Virus record (IMG/VR): IMGVR_UViG_3300002026_000045
Coordinates: 40,159 to 104,158 of that record
Direction: 5' to 3' (one strand)
DNA length: 64,000 bases
From: a virus
Positions 42,395-52,747 of this stretch are shown here, one piece after another. Under the pieces are notes generated by a model. The model had not been told where the DNA came from. It worked only from the letters and a program-made list of their open reading frames with translations, and searched no databases. A program made the translations under genes and the position numbers. Every line of letters starts with the position of its first letter. Positions within the stretch are counted from its first letter, which is position 1.

Positions 42395-42634
42395 TTACAA
42401 AGTAGGGGTTATGCTATTTGAAACAATTGATTCTGGCCCGTCGCCAGTGGAATTAGTCGCATGAACTGTAAATGTATACGAAGTTCCATTTGTTAATCCA
42501 GTGACTGTAATAGGTGATGCGGGTCCAGTGGCAGTAATTCCCTCAGGGTCACTTGTTACAGTGTAGCTAGTGACTACTGATCCGCCATCACTAAGTGGCG
42601 GATCAAATGAAACTGTAGACTGTTGACTAGCCAT
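42395..42634 (-). CDS. Fibronectin type III protein lacking strand A (putative cap)
   Basis: TVSFDPP.SDGGS.VTSYTV...TGLTNGTSYTFTVHATN. Confidence 0.85.
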   Translation of the reverse strand: MASQQSTVSFDPPLSDGGSVVTSYTVTSDPEGITATGPASPITVTGLTNGTSYTFTVHATNSTGDGPESIVSNSITPTL

Positions 42635-42646
42635 AACTTAGCCTAG

Positions 42647-42937
42647 TTAAACTGCTACTACGTTAGTTGGTGCGCCTGGTACATCAGCAGTCGGAGTTAC
42701 TGCATTAGATGGAGCAGATTCTGCACTGTTTCCAGCTGAGTTAGTTGCGTGGACTGTAAATGTGTATGATACACCGTTTGTTAATCCAGTCACAGTAATA
42801 GGGGATGCAGCGCCAGACATTGTCGTAGATGCAACTGTTGCGTTGCCCTCAAATGCTGATACTGTGTATTCTGTAATAGGGGATCCTCCATCATTCACTG
42901 GTGCGTCAAATGATACTGTTGCTTGTGCGTTTGCCAT
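42647..42937 (-). CDS. Permuted fibronectin type III protein (strands B-G, then A)
   Basis: Starts at AQATVSFDAP and ends VPGAPTNVVAV; own TATAAATA promoter and AAGGA SD. Confidence 0.88.
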   Translation of the reverse strand: MANAQATVSFDAPVNDGGSPITEYTVSAFEGNATVASTTMSGAASPITVTGLTNGVSYTFTVHATNSAGNSAESAPSNAVTPTADVPGAPTNVVAV

Positions 42938-42981
42938 TGTAATTTCCTTAAAATATTTATATAAAAAGTAACTGTTACTTT

Positions 42982-44811
42982 CTATACTGCTAACACGTTA
43001 GTAGGACTGTCAGGACGTCCTACTGAAATTGCCACTACATTCGTAGGGCTGTCTGGTCGGCTTATTGAAATAGCCACTACGTTAGTAGGAACGTCTGGCA
43101 CTGCGATTGGCAGTGCAGTTGGTGCCCTATCACCTACTAAAGTTCTGCTAGTTAATTTTAGCACAGCATGCTTATGTAGTAACGTAGTTTTATATTTTAA
43201 TTCTACCGTATTAGTATTTAGCGTCGGTAGTAAAGTAACCCCAACATCATTAGTTTCTACATAATCATCTGAAAAGATAACTGTTGATCCAATTGTAGAA
43301 ATATGAATAGTGCCATTACGTTGCTCATCACCACGCAGAATTGAGTATTCTAAAATAGTAGGGTAGTCCGCAAAACCAACTACACTAGCTAACGTAGATG
43401 TAGATAAGTTGTCAGACAATTGAATGTCAACTCCACCAACTGAGTACTGTTTACCTAGCATAGTTCTGCCGTCTGACAGAGTTGCAAAACTTGCTCTACC
43501 GTTTAACTTAATCGCCGGAACAGTTGATGCAGCAGATCTGTCAACCATGTCGCCAATGCTATAGCAATTATTTCCACCTAAACTAACAATAGGAGTTACA
43601 TCTACGTTTGTAGATAATCCCTTGCCAACATTTGTAAAAGTGTTAAATGCGCTTACAACGTGAGACACCCCACCATAAAAACTTGCCTCGCCATAGATTG
43701 CTTCAGCTGCAATATTAGAAAATGTTGATCCAGTTACTTTGATTGAAGTTGGGAATGGAGCACCATCATTGCTTTGACCTAAATTTAACCCTCGATACAA
43801 TCTATCAAACGAGCAATTAGCAAACGTAACATTCTCAACTTTGCTGTCAGCATAATATGCGTACACCTTACCAGAAAAATCACATTCTGTAAACACTAAT
43901 CTTTCTGAAGAAACAGCATTGGTTTGTGACGACGCCATGCGAACACAAGTTTGTGGATTTGGACTAGCACCAACTGACGTTGGACTAGCTGTATCAGATC
44001 CGTAAAAACCAACTCGGGTAAACCTTACATCAGTAACAGTGTTAAGATACATGATGTCTTTGTTGTTAATATTAACTAACGACAAATCTTCTATCTCTGC
44101 ATACCCTGGCATTATTGCAGGTGGGCTACCAGAGCCAACTATATTTGAATCTATTGTAGTTGCGTTAACAAAATCGTAAGTAAACCCAGTATGCAACTTT
44201 GAATCACATGAACTGATCAGGCACGGTTGAGTAGAATCAACTTGAATCAAAAATGTCGAGTTTTTGCCATCACCTTTAAGGCGTACATACGGCATCAATC
44301 GTATGAAATCACCAAATATTAAATAAGTACCTGCAGGAATATGTATTGTTCTGCGTGTTCTAGCTTCAGTGCCAAGTAACGATGCTTTATACAGCTCAAT
44401 AATTGCACGGTTAATAGATCGAACTTCAAGAAGTCCATCACCTTCACCATTGCCTGATGTATCATGTAACTTGCTATCCCCTATCCCACCAAAATCACGT
44501 AAATTAGCAAAGTCATCAAACTTATCTTGCATTGACCGTGTAGTAGGAGACAACGTGCTTAGACCAGTCAGTGCAATGTAACCAGCAGCCAGTCCTTTAA
44601 ACGTGTAAACACCACTTAGACTAAAAATATCGCTGTATTGAGTTAAGATTTCAGTATTACCAAGGCTTGGAGCACCTTCTTCCGTAGTACCATTGCCAAT
44701 GTATAACTTTCGAGTATCTATTGCCCAGCCTAATTCAGCACTTGCTAACTGCGGTAGGTCTTCTTGTAGTCCTCTACGGTGTTGTATGCGTGAGATTTGA
44801 ATTATCGCCAA
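42982..44811 (-). CDS. Virion structural protein with beta-helix (pectate-lyase-like) region and three C-terminal FN3 strand-A repeats
   Basis: ISRIQHRRG..LPQLASAELGW; NLRDFGGIGD, IPAGTY, L.GDG; C-terminal P.PTNV.A x3. Confidence 0.75.
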   Translation of the reverse strand: MAIIQISRIQHRRGLQEDLPQLASAELGWAIDTRKLYIGNGTTEEGAPSLGNTEILTQYSDIFSLSGVYTFKGLAAGYIALTGLSTLSPTTRSMQDKFDDFANLRDFGGIGDSKLHDTSGNGEGDGLLEVRSINRAIIELYKASLLGTEARTRRTIHIPAGTYLIFGDFIRLMPYVRLKGDGKNSTFLIQVDSTQPCLISSCDSKLHTGFTYDFVNATTIDSNIVGSGSPPAIMPGYAEIEDLSLVNINNKDIMYLNTVTDVRFTRVGFYGSDTASPTSVGASPNPQTCVRMASSQTNAVSSERLVFTECDFSGKVYAYYADSKVENVTFANCSFDRLYRGLNLGQSNDGAPFPTSIKVTGSTFSNIAAEAIYGEASFYGGVSHVVSAFNTFTNVGKGLSTNVDVTPIVSLGGNNCYSIGDMVDRSAASTVPAIKLNGRASFATLSDGRTMLGKQYSVGGVDIQLSDNLSTSTLASVVGFADYPTILEYSILRGDEQRNGTIHISTIGSTVIFSDDYVETNDVGVTLLPTLNTNTVELKYKTTLLHKHAVLKLTSRTLVGDRAPTALPIAVPDVPTNVVAISISRPDSPTNVVAISVGRPDSPTNVLAV

Positions 44812-44830
44812 TTTGCTCTTCCTTGATCTA

Positions 44831-45511
44831 TTATGTATTTATGCGGTAATATCTTTCTACTCGGTCCCACCATTGGTTAGTCCAGTACTCAAAATCAGCG
44901 CCCTCTACTACGAACTCTTGATATTCGCATGCCCTACTACACATTAACACCACGCCTTGCTGAATGTTGGTGCCATGTACATAGTTATGTGCTGCGGCGT
45001 AGGCCGCAAGTTGAATTTTGTAATCCTCAATCCATTCTTCTTTTTTAGGCTTGTTAGTTTGTTTAAAGTCTAAAATTGATTCCTTATTCTTCCACACACC
45101 TGCTAAGTCTGTAGTCCCTGCATACAATCCTGGATAATATAATGGAAGTTCAGTGCCCCAAACTTCATTCATGTGCACTAACCCGTTTTGAATAATCTGC
45201 TGAGCCATTGGGTGTGCTATTTTTTGCACGTTGTTTGTGCCTGGAGGTTTTGCTTTACCTAAGCAATGCTCTTCTAGCATTTTGTGCATTACTGTGCCAA
45301 CGCCTGCCGCTTCAGTGGTAATGACTTGAGCATTTGCATGCCCAACTCTATTGCGCCAATTCATTAACGCATCTATTTTGTCTTGAGGTTTAGTTTTATC
45401 GAGGATAGACGTCACACTAGGCAACTTGCGGCCATCCGGAGTTAAATATTTCCTCACTCCATCTTCATTTGCTCTAGACAGGGCCGCATATATGAATTTT
45501 TTAGTTACCAC
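44831..45511 (-). CDS. PD-(D/E)xK exonuclease (Cas4/RecB-like)
   Basis: PSVTSIL, GT.MH, YAGTTD, ILDFK, QLAAY. Confidence 0.85.
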   Translation of the reverse strand: MVTKKFIYAALSRANEDGVRKYLTPDGRKLPSVTSILDKTKPQDKIDALMNWRNRVGHANAQVITTEAAGVGTVMHKMLEEHCLGKAKPPGTNNVQKIAHPMAQQIIQNGLVHMNEVWGTELPLYYPGLYAGTTDLAGVWKNKESILDFKQTNKPKKEEWIEDYKIQLAAYAAAHNYVHGTNIQQGVVLMCSRACEYQEFVVEGADFEYWTNQWWDRVERYYRINT

Positions 45512-46256
45512 TTAGTTTCTTAGCCTTATATTCAGTTGTGTTAAGTGCCGTAGCGGCTGCTTTAATTGATTCGTACGTCGTCTCATTTATAGTTATTGGC
45601 TTACTATTAGGAGGAGGCAGCATACTTTTCTTTCGACGAATTTCATCTGCCATTTCTTTCCCGTAAATTTCTTCATTTGTTTTCCCTATTCTCCAAGATT
45701 TACTTAGTATAGCAGATTGAGACTGCTTTAGTCTAGTATCAGCAGTAACTATTTTTCCGGTATGAGTTCGTTTTGCTGCTTCTCGCATCTTATCTGTTAC
45801 TACTCTACTTCCAGATTGATATGCATTGCACAACGATTCGGCACGGACTTTCCTTTCAGCGTCTGATTGTACTCGACCCTTGTTAATCGTATTACCTAGC
45901 ATCATAATTCTATATTTTTCTCTTCTGGCAGGTGAAAATATTGCCTTAGCCCGTTGAATGTTTATACCAAGTCCTGTTTCAATTTGATGATTTGCCCAAT
46001 CCCTTGAGTTAACAATGTCGTGCGACCTAGAAAACGCCGTTGCTTCCTCAAATAACTCATCTTTGTCAGTAAACAAGTGACACCAAATAGTAGTAACATT
46101 ATTTCCGTGCTTTTGTAGATGACTAAGCCAATGGACACCAGACCCTTTATACTTAGAAGGGTTATCACTAACAGTTTTCCCAAAATACATTAACCCAGTA
46201 TCGATATGTTTTTTAATGTAAAGCCAAGTTGGTTTGAAATTAGCGTATTTGTTCAT
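45501..46256 (-). mobile_element. GIY-YIG-like homing endonuclease
   Basis: WLYIKKH..TGLMYFGKT, YKGSG, WAN..ETG; paralog of 16400-17134. Confidence 0.82.
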
Positions 46257-46349
46257 GCCATCGTTTCCTGTTACTACTATATTTAGTAAAACTAAATTTT
46301 AGTTAAAGAAAAAGATGCATGGTGCATCGTTTTCAGATTGACGCAAATA

Positions 46350-46745
46350 CTACATGCGTTTGTTTGTTGCCCGTTTAGCCATTTGATCAACTGTATCCTC
46401 TGGATTTTGCGCAACATTAGATTCATCACCATGCATTTCATTGTCATCATCTGTATCAAAATCTGATTTAAGGATGACTTCATTTTCATTGAAACTTTTA
46501 ATTAGTTCTTTAACTGCTTCATCAGACTCATGTGCCGCAACTAACGTCTCATAATCAAAGGTAACATCACCAGCGTTTTTAACAAGGCGAATTAAACTGT
46601 CAGTTCTAAGCTTAGGGGTTAGTTCTTTGTCTTCACTTCTGTTTCGCAAAAACATTAGCACAGGAACTAAATTTGCAGAAAGAGATGAGCTAGACAATTG
46701 CTCGCTAGCACTTACATCTTCGTTAATGATTTCACTTATTTTCAT
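46350..46745 (-). CDS. Putative capsid-internal protein
   Basis: MKISEIINE N-terminus; paralog of 46745-47185. Confidence 0.55.
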   Translation of the reverse strand: MKISEIINEDVSASEQLSSSSLSANLVPVLMFLRNRSEDKELTPKLRTDSLIRLVKNAGDVTFDYETLVAAHESDEAVKELIKSFNENEVILKSDFDTDDDNEMHGDESNVAQNPEDTVDQMAKRATNKRM

Positions 46746-47185
46746 TATACTCCGCGGCTGCGGCCCGCTGCTCGTCCTGCCATTGCGCCAACGGTTGCAT
46801 CTTTTTTGTCAGCTGCTTTATTTGGGTCTTCATTTTTAACTGACATATTTTTAAACTTAACTTTTTTCTCGTCAATACTGTCAATCATACTTTGAATTTC
46901 TTGTGACTTTTTGTTAATAGCAATTAAGTCAGCTAAGTTAACAGGCTTTCCAGCAATTTCAATTACTTTAGTTAAGAACGGCAGCAATTCAACTTGAGCG
47001 TGTCCTTGCCCTTTGTACATGTCACAAACTTTTTTAACTGCATTGATCATCTTAGTATCAGCGTTGGAAGATAATTCCATCTCTAATTCTTTATCACCTG
47101 CCCAGTCCGAATCCATTCCATCGTGACCCATCACGCCGTGATCAAAATCACGGAATCCTTCAGTAATAATTTCATTTATTTTCAT
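46745..47185 (-). CDS. Putative capsid-internal protein
   Basis: MKINEIITE N-terminus. Confidence 0.55.
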   Translation of the reverse strand: MKINEIITEGFRDFDHGVMGHDGMDSDWAGDKELEMELSSNADTKMINAVKKVCDMYKGQGHAQVELLPFLTKVIEIAGKPVNLADLIAINKKSQEIQSMIDSIDEKKVKFKNMSVKNEDPNKAADKKDATVGAMAGRAAGRSRGV

Positions 47186-47186
47186 A

Positions 47187-47909
47187 TTAACGACGTTCCC
47201 GTCCCAATTCTTCAGTGCCACCAGCTGCTGCGTCTGCACCGCCAAATTCATCAGGAGGAGCCTCTGCGCCTAAATCATCCATGCCGCCATCATCTAATGC
47301 AGGGTCAGCAGGTACATCACCCATCTCACCACCTGGGACTGGACCACCTGGCATTGGCATTGCTGCATCCTGTTCTCCAGTCAATGCACGGGCGCCACTG
47401 TCTAACGATTCGCGTCCTTGACCAAGCTGTTGAGACAATGTAGTTAACGCCATGCCTACAGAATTTTTAAATGCATCAGCTTGTGCGCTACCAATTTGGT
47501 CACGAATAGAGTCAATTAATGCTGGCAATTGCTCATTTTGCATTTTGCCAACTTTCTCAATCATATCCTGCACTGTGTCAACCATGTCTTTTGCAGCTAA
47601 GATTGCCTCAGCCTGCCCTAACTCACCTTCTTTTAATTTACGACGTGTTTGCTGCTCTTTATAAGCATCAATCCAACGCGACAGCCCTTCATATACAACA
47701 AGCATTTCTAAATACTTAGGATTTTTCTCTGCTGTATGTACTGCACTGCTATTGCGGATACTGGTAACAGTTTCATAAATTTTGCTTCTCATTGCCTGGG
47801 CTTTTGGCAAAGTAATTGAATTATAATCAATATTAACTCCGAATCTAGATTCGGCAATTTTGTTAAGTTTTTGTAAAGATGGTTTGCGGATCATGTTTGA
47901 TAATTTCAT
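47187..47909 (-). CDS. Putative prohead core/scaffold-like protein
   Basis: Helical, LKE site, AAKDMVD..Q, acidic tail ending LGRERR. Confidence 0.5.
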   Translation of the reverse strand: MKLSNMIRKPSLQKLNKIAESRFGVNIDYNSITLPKAQAMRSKIYETVTSIRNSSAVHTAEKNPKYLEMLVVYEGLSRWIDAYKEQQTRRKLKEGELGQAEAILAAKDMVDTVQDMIEKVGKMQNEQLPALIDSIRDQIGSAQADAFKNSVGMALTTLSQQLGQGRESLDSGARALTGEQDAAMPMPGGPVPGGEMGDVPADPALDDGGMDDLGAEAPPDEFGGADAAAGGTEELGRERR

Positions 47910-47919
47910 TGTCTATTCC

Positions 47920-49047
47920 TCAAGAGTTGACTTGTATATATTTAGCCGTTGTAATAATTTTTTCCAAATCTTTTTTAGCTGCGGCTAAATTACGTTTTGA
48001 TTCGTCAAACCGACTTTGTAATAAGTCAATTCTAAAATTGTCACGTTTCTCATGTGCAGCGTCTAATCGAGATCTAAAAATTGTTTTGTCTATGTCAAAT
48101 TTTGACACACGCTGATCAATAGCATACATTGCATCTGCTTCCTTAATCATGCATCGATGCTTTAGTGCACAATAAAAAATTGCACTACGTTTGTCAGCAA
48201 ATTCCTTATCACCAACTCTCCATACAGTTTGCGCTAATTTTTCAACCAAATACGTCGCGACCTTGTAACCGCCATTGCTAAGAGGCACTACAATAGGCAG
48301 TTTGCTTGATTGTTGTAAGTCAGTTAACTCAGCGTGAGCCCAGTTTACTACATACCGCAATCCTTCATCTACGATAGAGTTTAAAATCTTATCGGATTTT
48401 TTTCGCAAAGGTAAGTTTACCTTCACTGTTTTTGGTGCGTTTAAGGACATCTTTAGTTACCAGGTTATTAGCCAGCAGTTGTTCCCTAGGATCTAGGTCT
48501 GCTTTAAGTATAACACCACCCTCGTTAAACTTACTAAGAATTGACGCTTCTTCGTTAGTTAAGGGGATGCTGATATTGTTAAGGAGTTCTACTATTTTCA
48601 TTTAAATATTTATCAAAATTTAAGTTGTTCAAAGTATATGTTTTTATGCGGCCCAGTGACAACAAAAATAGGCTGTGGTATAATTGTTGTCTCGTCTAAC
48701 CCAGTGATGATTGGCACATTAATAAAATCGCTCTCTAATGTACCATGTGAACTATTTTGATTTGCAAAAACTGCTTCCTGCTCTACGCCAAAGGTAAATG
48801 ACCAAACTTTATGCTTGCCTTTATATGCTACACCAAAATTAGTTGTAGCAGTGTCAACTTCCTTCATATCTGGTGTGCTTAGTGTTATTAACTGTGCACG
48901 AAGACCTAATACCTGCACCAAAGTCTCCCAATTCCGTTGTTGATGGCGGGCTTTGTTGTTTGCTATTCCAGATACCTCGTTGGTTTTAGTTATGTCGATC
49001 AACGTGTATCCTATAGAAAGACGCAATGTTGATGAAGAGTCGTTCAT
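47920..49047 (-). other. Three late hypothetical genes (47920-48450, 48389-48601, 48613-49047)
   Basis: ORFs; ATAAATA promoters precede 48601 and 49047. Confidence 0.55.
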
Positions 49048-49080
49048 GCAGTATTTATAAACACGAGTTTTCAGTCATAA

Positions 49081-49106
49081 AAATAGGGACCTAAGTCCCT
49101 ATTTTT
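49081..49106. terminator. Terminator
   Basis: AAATAGGGAC-CTAA-GTCCCTATTT. Confidence 0.75.
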
Positions 49107-49123
49107 AAGTTAAAATTTAACTA

Positions 49124-49486
49124 TTAAGCAAGTTTCAAGCCACCAGCTGAAGTTACAGTTGTACCTGCACCTAAAACCAATACCATTGCTGCTTCTAAGT
49201 CAGCATCAACCCAGCCAGTTGCGTCAACAACAATGCTCAATTGTGCGTCATCAACTTGGTAAGCCAATGTAGATGCTGCGATTTGCAATGTGCGAATTGC
49301 TGTTTCAACTTTACCACCAACGCCCATCTCAGCTACCAACGATGCTGGTGCTACGATTTTGTATGCGGTTGGGTGACGGCCAATACCATTGCTGATAATT
49401 TTACCAACTGAAGATACGCCATGAATGCTAATGTCATAATTAACGATACCATTTGCATCGCCATTTACTCGTGCTACGTTTGCCAT
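49124..49486 (-). CDS. Probable abundant virion protein
   Basis: AGGAG SD, late promoter, own terminator, Ala/Gly/Val-rich. Confidence 0.55.
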   Translation of the reverse strand: MANVARVNGDANGIVNYDISIHGVSSVGKIISNGIGRHPTAYKIVAPASLVAEMGVGGKVETAIRTLQIAASTLAYQVDDAQLSIVVDATGWVDADLEAAMVLVLGAGTTVTSAGGLKLA

Positions 49487-49565
49487 TTTAAATACTCCTA
49501 ATAATGTTACAAGACACTTTGTTCCTGCATATATTTATTTATACAGGTTGCTAAAAATTAGCAAA

Positions 49566-49955
49566 TTACTTGCTGTGATCCTTTTGCGACCAAAACTGTT
49601 TCCCCATGCTTGTCTGTAACTTAGAAGGGGCAATGTCGTTACCTAATTCACGTGCCATTTTATACATTTCAGTTGCAATACCTTTTCTGCGATGAGCTGG
49701 CTGTATAGACAAGTCCAATGCTTCCAACTTGCCATCGTGCACTTCAAAGTTTACCCAGCCACACTCTACACCTTTTTCTGTGCGGGCAGTAATACGAAAC
49801 TGGTCGCTCTTATGTGAGTTTTTAGAGCCATACGACACATACCCAGCAGTGGCAGTTAACGTATAAGCACCATTCAAGATAGGTTTCTTTTGATTAAAGT
49901 CTGTGTAAAAGACTTTATCATTTACTTTTTCATCTACAATTTCAGTTGCTCGCAT
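49566..49955 (-). CDS. GNAT acetyltransferase with capsid-targeting-like N-terminus
   Basis: IQPAHRRKGIATEMY; MRATEIVDE. Confidence 0.8.
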   Translation of the reverse strand: MRATEIVDEKVNDKVFYTDFNQKKPILNGAYTLTATAGYVSYGSKNSHKSDQFRITARTEKGVECGWVNFEVHDGKLEALDLSIQPAHRRKGIATEMYKMARELGNDIAPSKLQTSMGKQFWSQKDHSK

Positions 49956-49956
49956 A

Positions 49957-50367
49957 TTATTTTTTAGAACTTATCAATGATTGCAAGATAAACATTAAAA
50001 ATCTCCCTAGATTTAACGCTAAGTTTTTTAACGCATTATCTCTGTCACGCTGCGGTATACTACGCCATCTTTCAACAAACGCCCTAGCAAAATAAGTTAA
50101 ATATGGTACTATTTTTTCAATGACAGTTCGATTAGCTTCTGCCGCCTCCGCCGCCAATCGTTTAGCACGTTCACCTTCCATAAATTTTGCAACTAGTATT
50201 GCAGCAACATCATCTGGTAAATTTGTTGGTGCTCTTTTTCGTGCCATCTCAATATCCATCGGCCTTGGTTTTGGCACATTTAAAAAATCATCTATTTTTT
50301 TAAATATATAATCGCCTAACCCTTCTGAGATAATCTCAGACTCATTAATAAATTCTATTGATTTCAT
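49957..50367 (-). CDS. Hypothetical protein with capsid-targeting-like N-terminus
   Basis: MKSIEFINE. Confidence 0.6.
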   Translation of the reverse strand: MKSIEFINESEIISEGLGDYIFKKIDDFLNVPKPRPMDIEMARKRAPTNLPDDVAAILVAKFMEGERAKRLAAEAAEANRTVIEKIVPYLTYFARAFVERWRSIPQRDRDNALKNLALNLGRFLMFILQSLISSKK

Positions 50368-50368
50368 T

Positions 50369-52036
50369 TTATTTCTCCGCAAACCAAGGATCAACAATCA
50401 CTAACTGACCGTTACTGCGTTGCATTACATTTTCTGTATGTAAATCCCACCACATGTCATTAATTTTACCTGTTGCAAAAAGCATTTGCATCACATTAAA
50501 TAAAATACCATAAGTGGAGTTAAACTTAGGATTAGTTGCCATTTTCTTAATAACAGTCCCAAAGTCATCGAGTTCTATACCAGGAAAATCATTCCAAAAT
50601 GGTGACCACGACATTCTCGAAACTGCATTTTCCCATCTGTCTATAGTATCATCAGCTGCCAAGTCTGATAACGCCCACACTAGTTTCTCTTCAATTGACC
50701 CACTTTTAATATGTGATAGCCGTTCCATTGCAATCTGCCTATATTGTGTGTTCCCAATTGTGAACGGTGCATGGTGTAATCCCTGCACCTCTCTAAATTT
50801 TGGCAAGCATGGGACATTTTGATGAGCCATGCAAAACTCGTAAAATCCTAGGAAAATACGCTCTGCTTCACCTACTGATGGATCGTTGGGCATGAGTATC
50901 TTAATAACTGTTGCTTCGTCCTTGGCCCACACTGTAGCATCAGCACCGCTGCCCAATTTTTTATATCCTAGCGCCTTAAGTTTAGCGTATATTATTTTTG
51001 CATTTGGAGTACCAACCTCTGATTCGTCAACAGGCTCTTCTTTCATTAGGTGCTCTGCATCACCTCTTTTCCGCCATGATCTCCACATGTTTCTACCATC
51101 AGGTAATTGATGCCCACTGGGTTCAATAGTATTGCCTAACATTCTAGCATACGCATACATAGTAGACGCTATACCTTGCCGTTGATAGAGCGGGTCAACA
51201 GAGGTTAATGCACTGATCAATGATTCTCCGTATGCAGAGTAAAACTGAGCTTCACCAACTTTGGTTTCTCCGTCAAAGCATCGCACAATAAGTTGCGGTG
51301 TTTTGCTATAACCAGCAACTTGCATGTGGGCCGTATATCGATAATCCCCAATCTCCTGCTCGTCCTTAAATCGTGGATCAAGAATGTCAGGGTTAATTTC
51401 TTCCTTCATTAACTTAGTAACACGCGGTTTAAACAACTGCACATCGCCTTTGTTTGTTTTTAACACTGGCTGATTGTGCTTATCTTTCTTAAAGCCTTTG
51501 ATCTCTGCGGGAGAGTTTTTAAACTTGCCCTTGAGAATTTTATCCCCAACTTCAAGTGATGGAGGCTGATAGGTTTCACTCTCAGCAACACCTAGTGTTT
51601 TGTTATCCCAATGTTTATCCCATGCTTTACCAACTAAGTCTTCTTCTTTAGCCCAAGTGCCCAATGGTTTCCACCCTGCAGATGGCCCATACCGCTTTTC
51701 ATTTTCGTTTGGTTCTTTGTCGCGATGATATTTGTATGCTTGCACAACTTTAGTGCCACCATACGAGAATGTAAACTCTACCATAATTAGTGGACGAATT
51801 TTTCCTTCAGCAGTTCTATGTATTTCAGGAAAAAACGAGAATACATCAACCTTAGTAAACCCAACACTTGACACTCCATGCTTATAAGCGTGGTGATAGT
51901 TGCGATACTCTTGGAACCACGGATGTTTAATTAAGGAATTCATTTTGCCTTTTCCTAGCAATTTCTGTAACTCTTGGTCAGTACATTGCGTCATTGGCTT
52001 CTCAGCACCTTCAGTAATAAATTGTTTTGATCTCAT
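50369..52036 (-). CDS. Multidomain protein: unknown domains + GNAT + Ser/Thr-kinase-like
   Basis: VDPLYQRQGIASTMY; LGSGADATV, VIKI, MERL, DLHTENVM, IVDP. Confidence 0.8.
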   Translation of the reverse strand: MRSKQFITEGAEKPMTQCTDQELQKLLGKGKMNSLIKHPWFQEYRNYHHAYKHGVSSVGFTKVDVFSFFPEIHRTAEGKIRPLIMVEFTFSYGGTKVVQAYKYHRDKEPNENEKRYGPSAGWKPLGTWAKEEDLVGKAWDKHWDNKTLGVAESETYQPPSLEVGDKILKGKFKNSPAEIKGFKKDKHNQPVLKTNKGDVQLFKPRVTKLMKEEINPDILDPRFKDEQEIGDYRYTAHMQVAGYSKTPQLIVRCFDGETKVGEAQFYSAYGESLISALTSVDPLYQRQGIASTMYAYARMLGNTIEPSGHQLPDGRNMWRSWRKRGDAEHLMKEEPVDESEVGTPNAKIIYAKLKALGYKKLGSGADATVWAKDEATVIKILMPNDPSVGEAERIFLGFYEFCMAHQNVPCLPKFREVQGLHHAPFTIGNTQYRQIAMERLSHIKSGSIEEKLVWALSDLAADDTIDRWENAVSRMSWSPFWNDFPGIELDDFGTVIKKMATNPKFNSTYGILFNVMQMLFATGKINDMWWDLHTENVMQRSNGQLVIVDPWFAEK

Positions 52037-52746
52037 TCAATCCACCTTGCTAGCATTGATGTTCTCCATAATCCACCTATTGGGCTATAACTGTTGTGAT
52101 ACACGTCAATACTGTTTTTAATTGTAGCTGCTAACTCTTGCTTAGTGACCTTCAACGGAAAGATAAACCAATGCTTGTCTTTGAACTTCCCTTGATAATC
52201 GCACCCAATTGACATAAGGTCGTTAACAATCTTGCCCACTTTGTCATTATGCTTCTTTTTAACTGCTGGGCTTTCCTGTGGCTTAGGGTCAGTAAAGTGC
52301 CAATCGCCAATTTCTAATGCTCCTACTACTTCACACCCTGGGATCTTAGATAAACTAACCCAGTTCCGCCTACCGTCTGGAGTCTGTGAGCTACCAGATT
52401 GTAAATTCATGCGTTTAACTGTCAATGCAATACCGTAAAGTGCTTTAGCAAGTCCACGCCCACGGTAATCTTCGTCTACTGTAATAACACCAACTGAATA
52501 AGTGTTAGGTAGAAAAAAGTTACGAACTTTATGCAAAATCAACTTACCAACAACTTTATTCGTGTCAACAATGTAAATTGTAAGATCCCCATGCATATTA
52601 CTGTAAAAACCATATACTAAACCACTCCCACCTGGAAGCGGGTATGTTTTAGTAGGCTTCCCATCATGCCGTAAACTTTGCTTGCCACCCTCATAATCGT
52701 ACGAGTTTAATCGCTCTATTTCTGTAATAAATTGAGTTGAAAGCAT
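52033..52746 (-). CDS. GNAT acetyltransferase with capsid-targeting-like N-terminus
   Basis: VDEDYRGRGLAKALY, QTPDGRRNW; MLSTQFITE. Confidence 0.8.
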   Translation of the reverse strand: MLSTQFITEIERLNSYDYEGGKQSLRHDGKPTKTYPLPGGSGLVYGFYSNMHGDLTIYIVDTNKVVGKLILHKVRNFFLPNTYSVGVITVDEDYRGRGLAKALYGIALTVKRMNLQSGSSQTPDGRRNWVSLSKIPGCEVVGALEIGDWHFTDPKPQESPAVKKKHNDKVGKIVNDLMSIGCDYQGKFKDKHWFIFPLKVTKQELAATIKNSIDVYHNSYSPIGGLWRTSMLARWIE

Positions 52747-52747
52747 C

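Noticed and set aside
42635-42649. Stop-codon readthrough fusing the two FN3 genes
   Set aside because: In frame, but two TAA stops intervene; the anchor/FN3 junction is out of frame and has its own promoter and SD
44831-45511. Cas4 as part of a CRISPR system
   Set aside because: Solo phage PD-(D/E)xK exonuclease with no array or other cas genes
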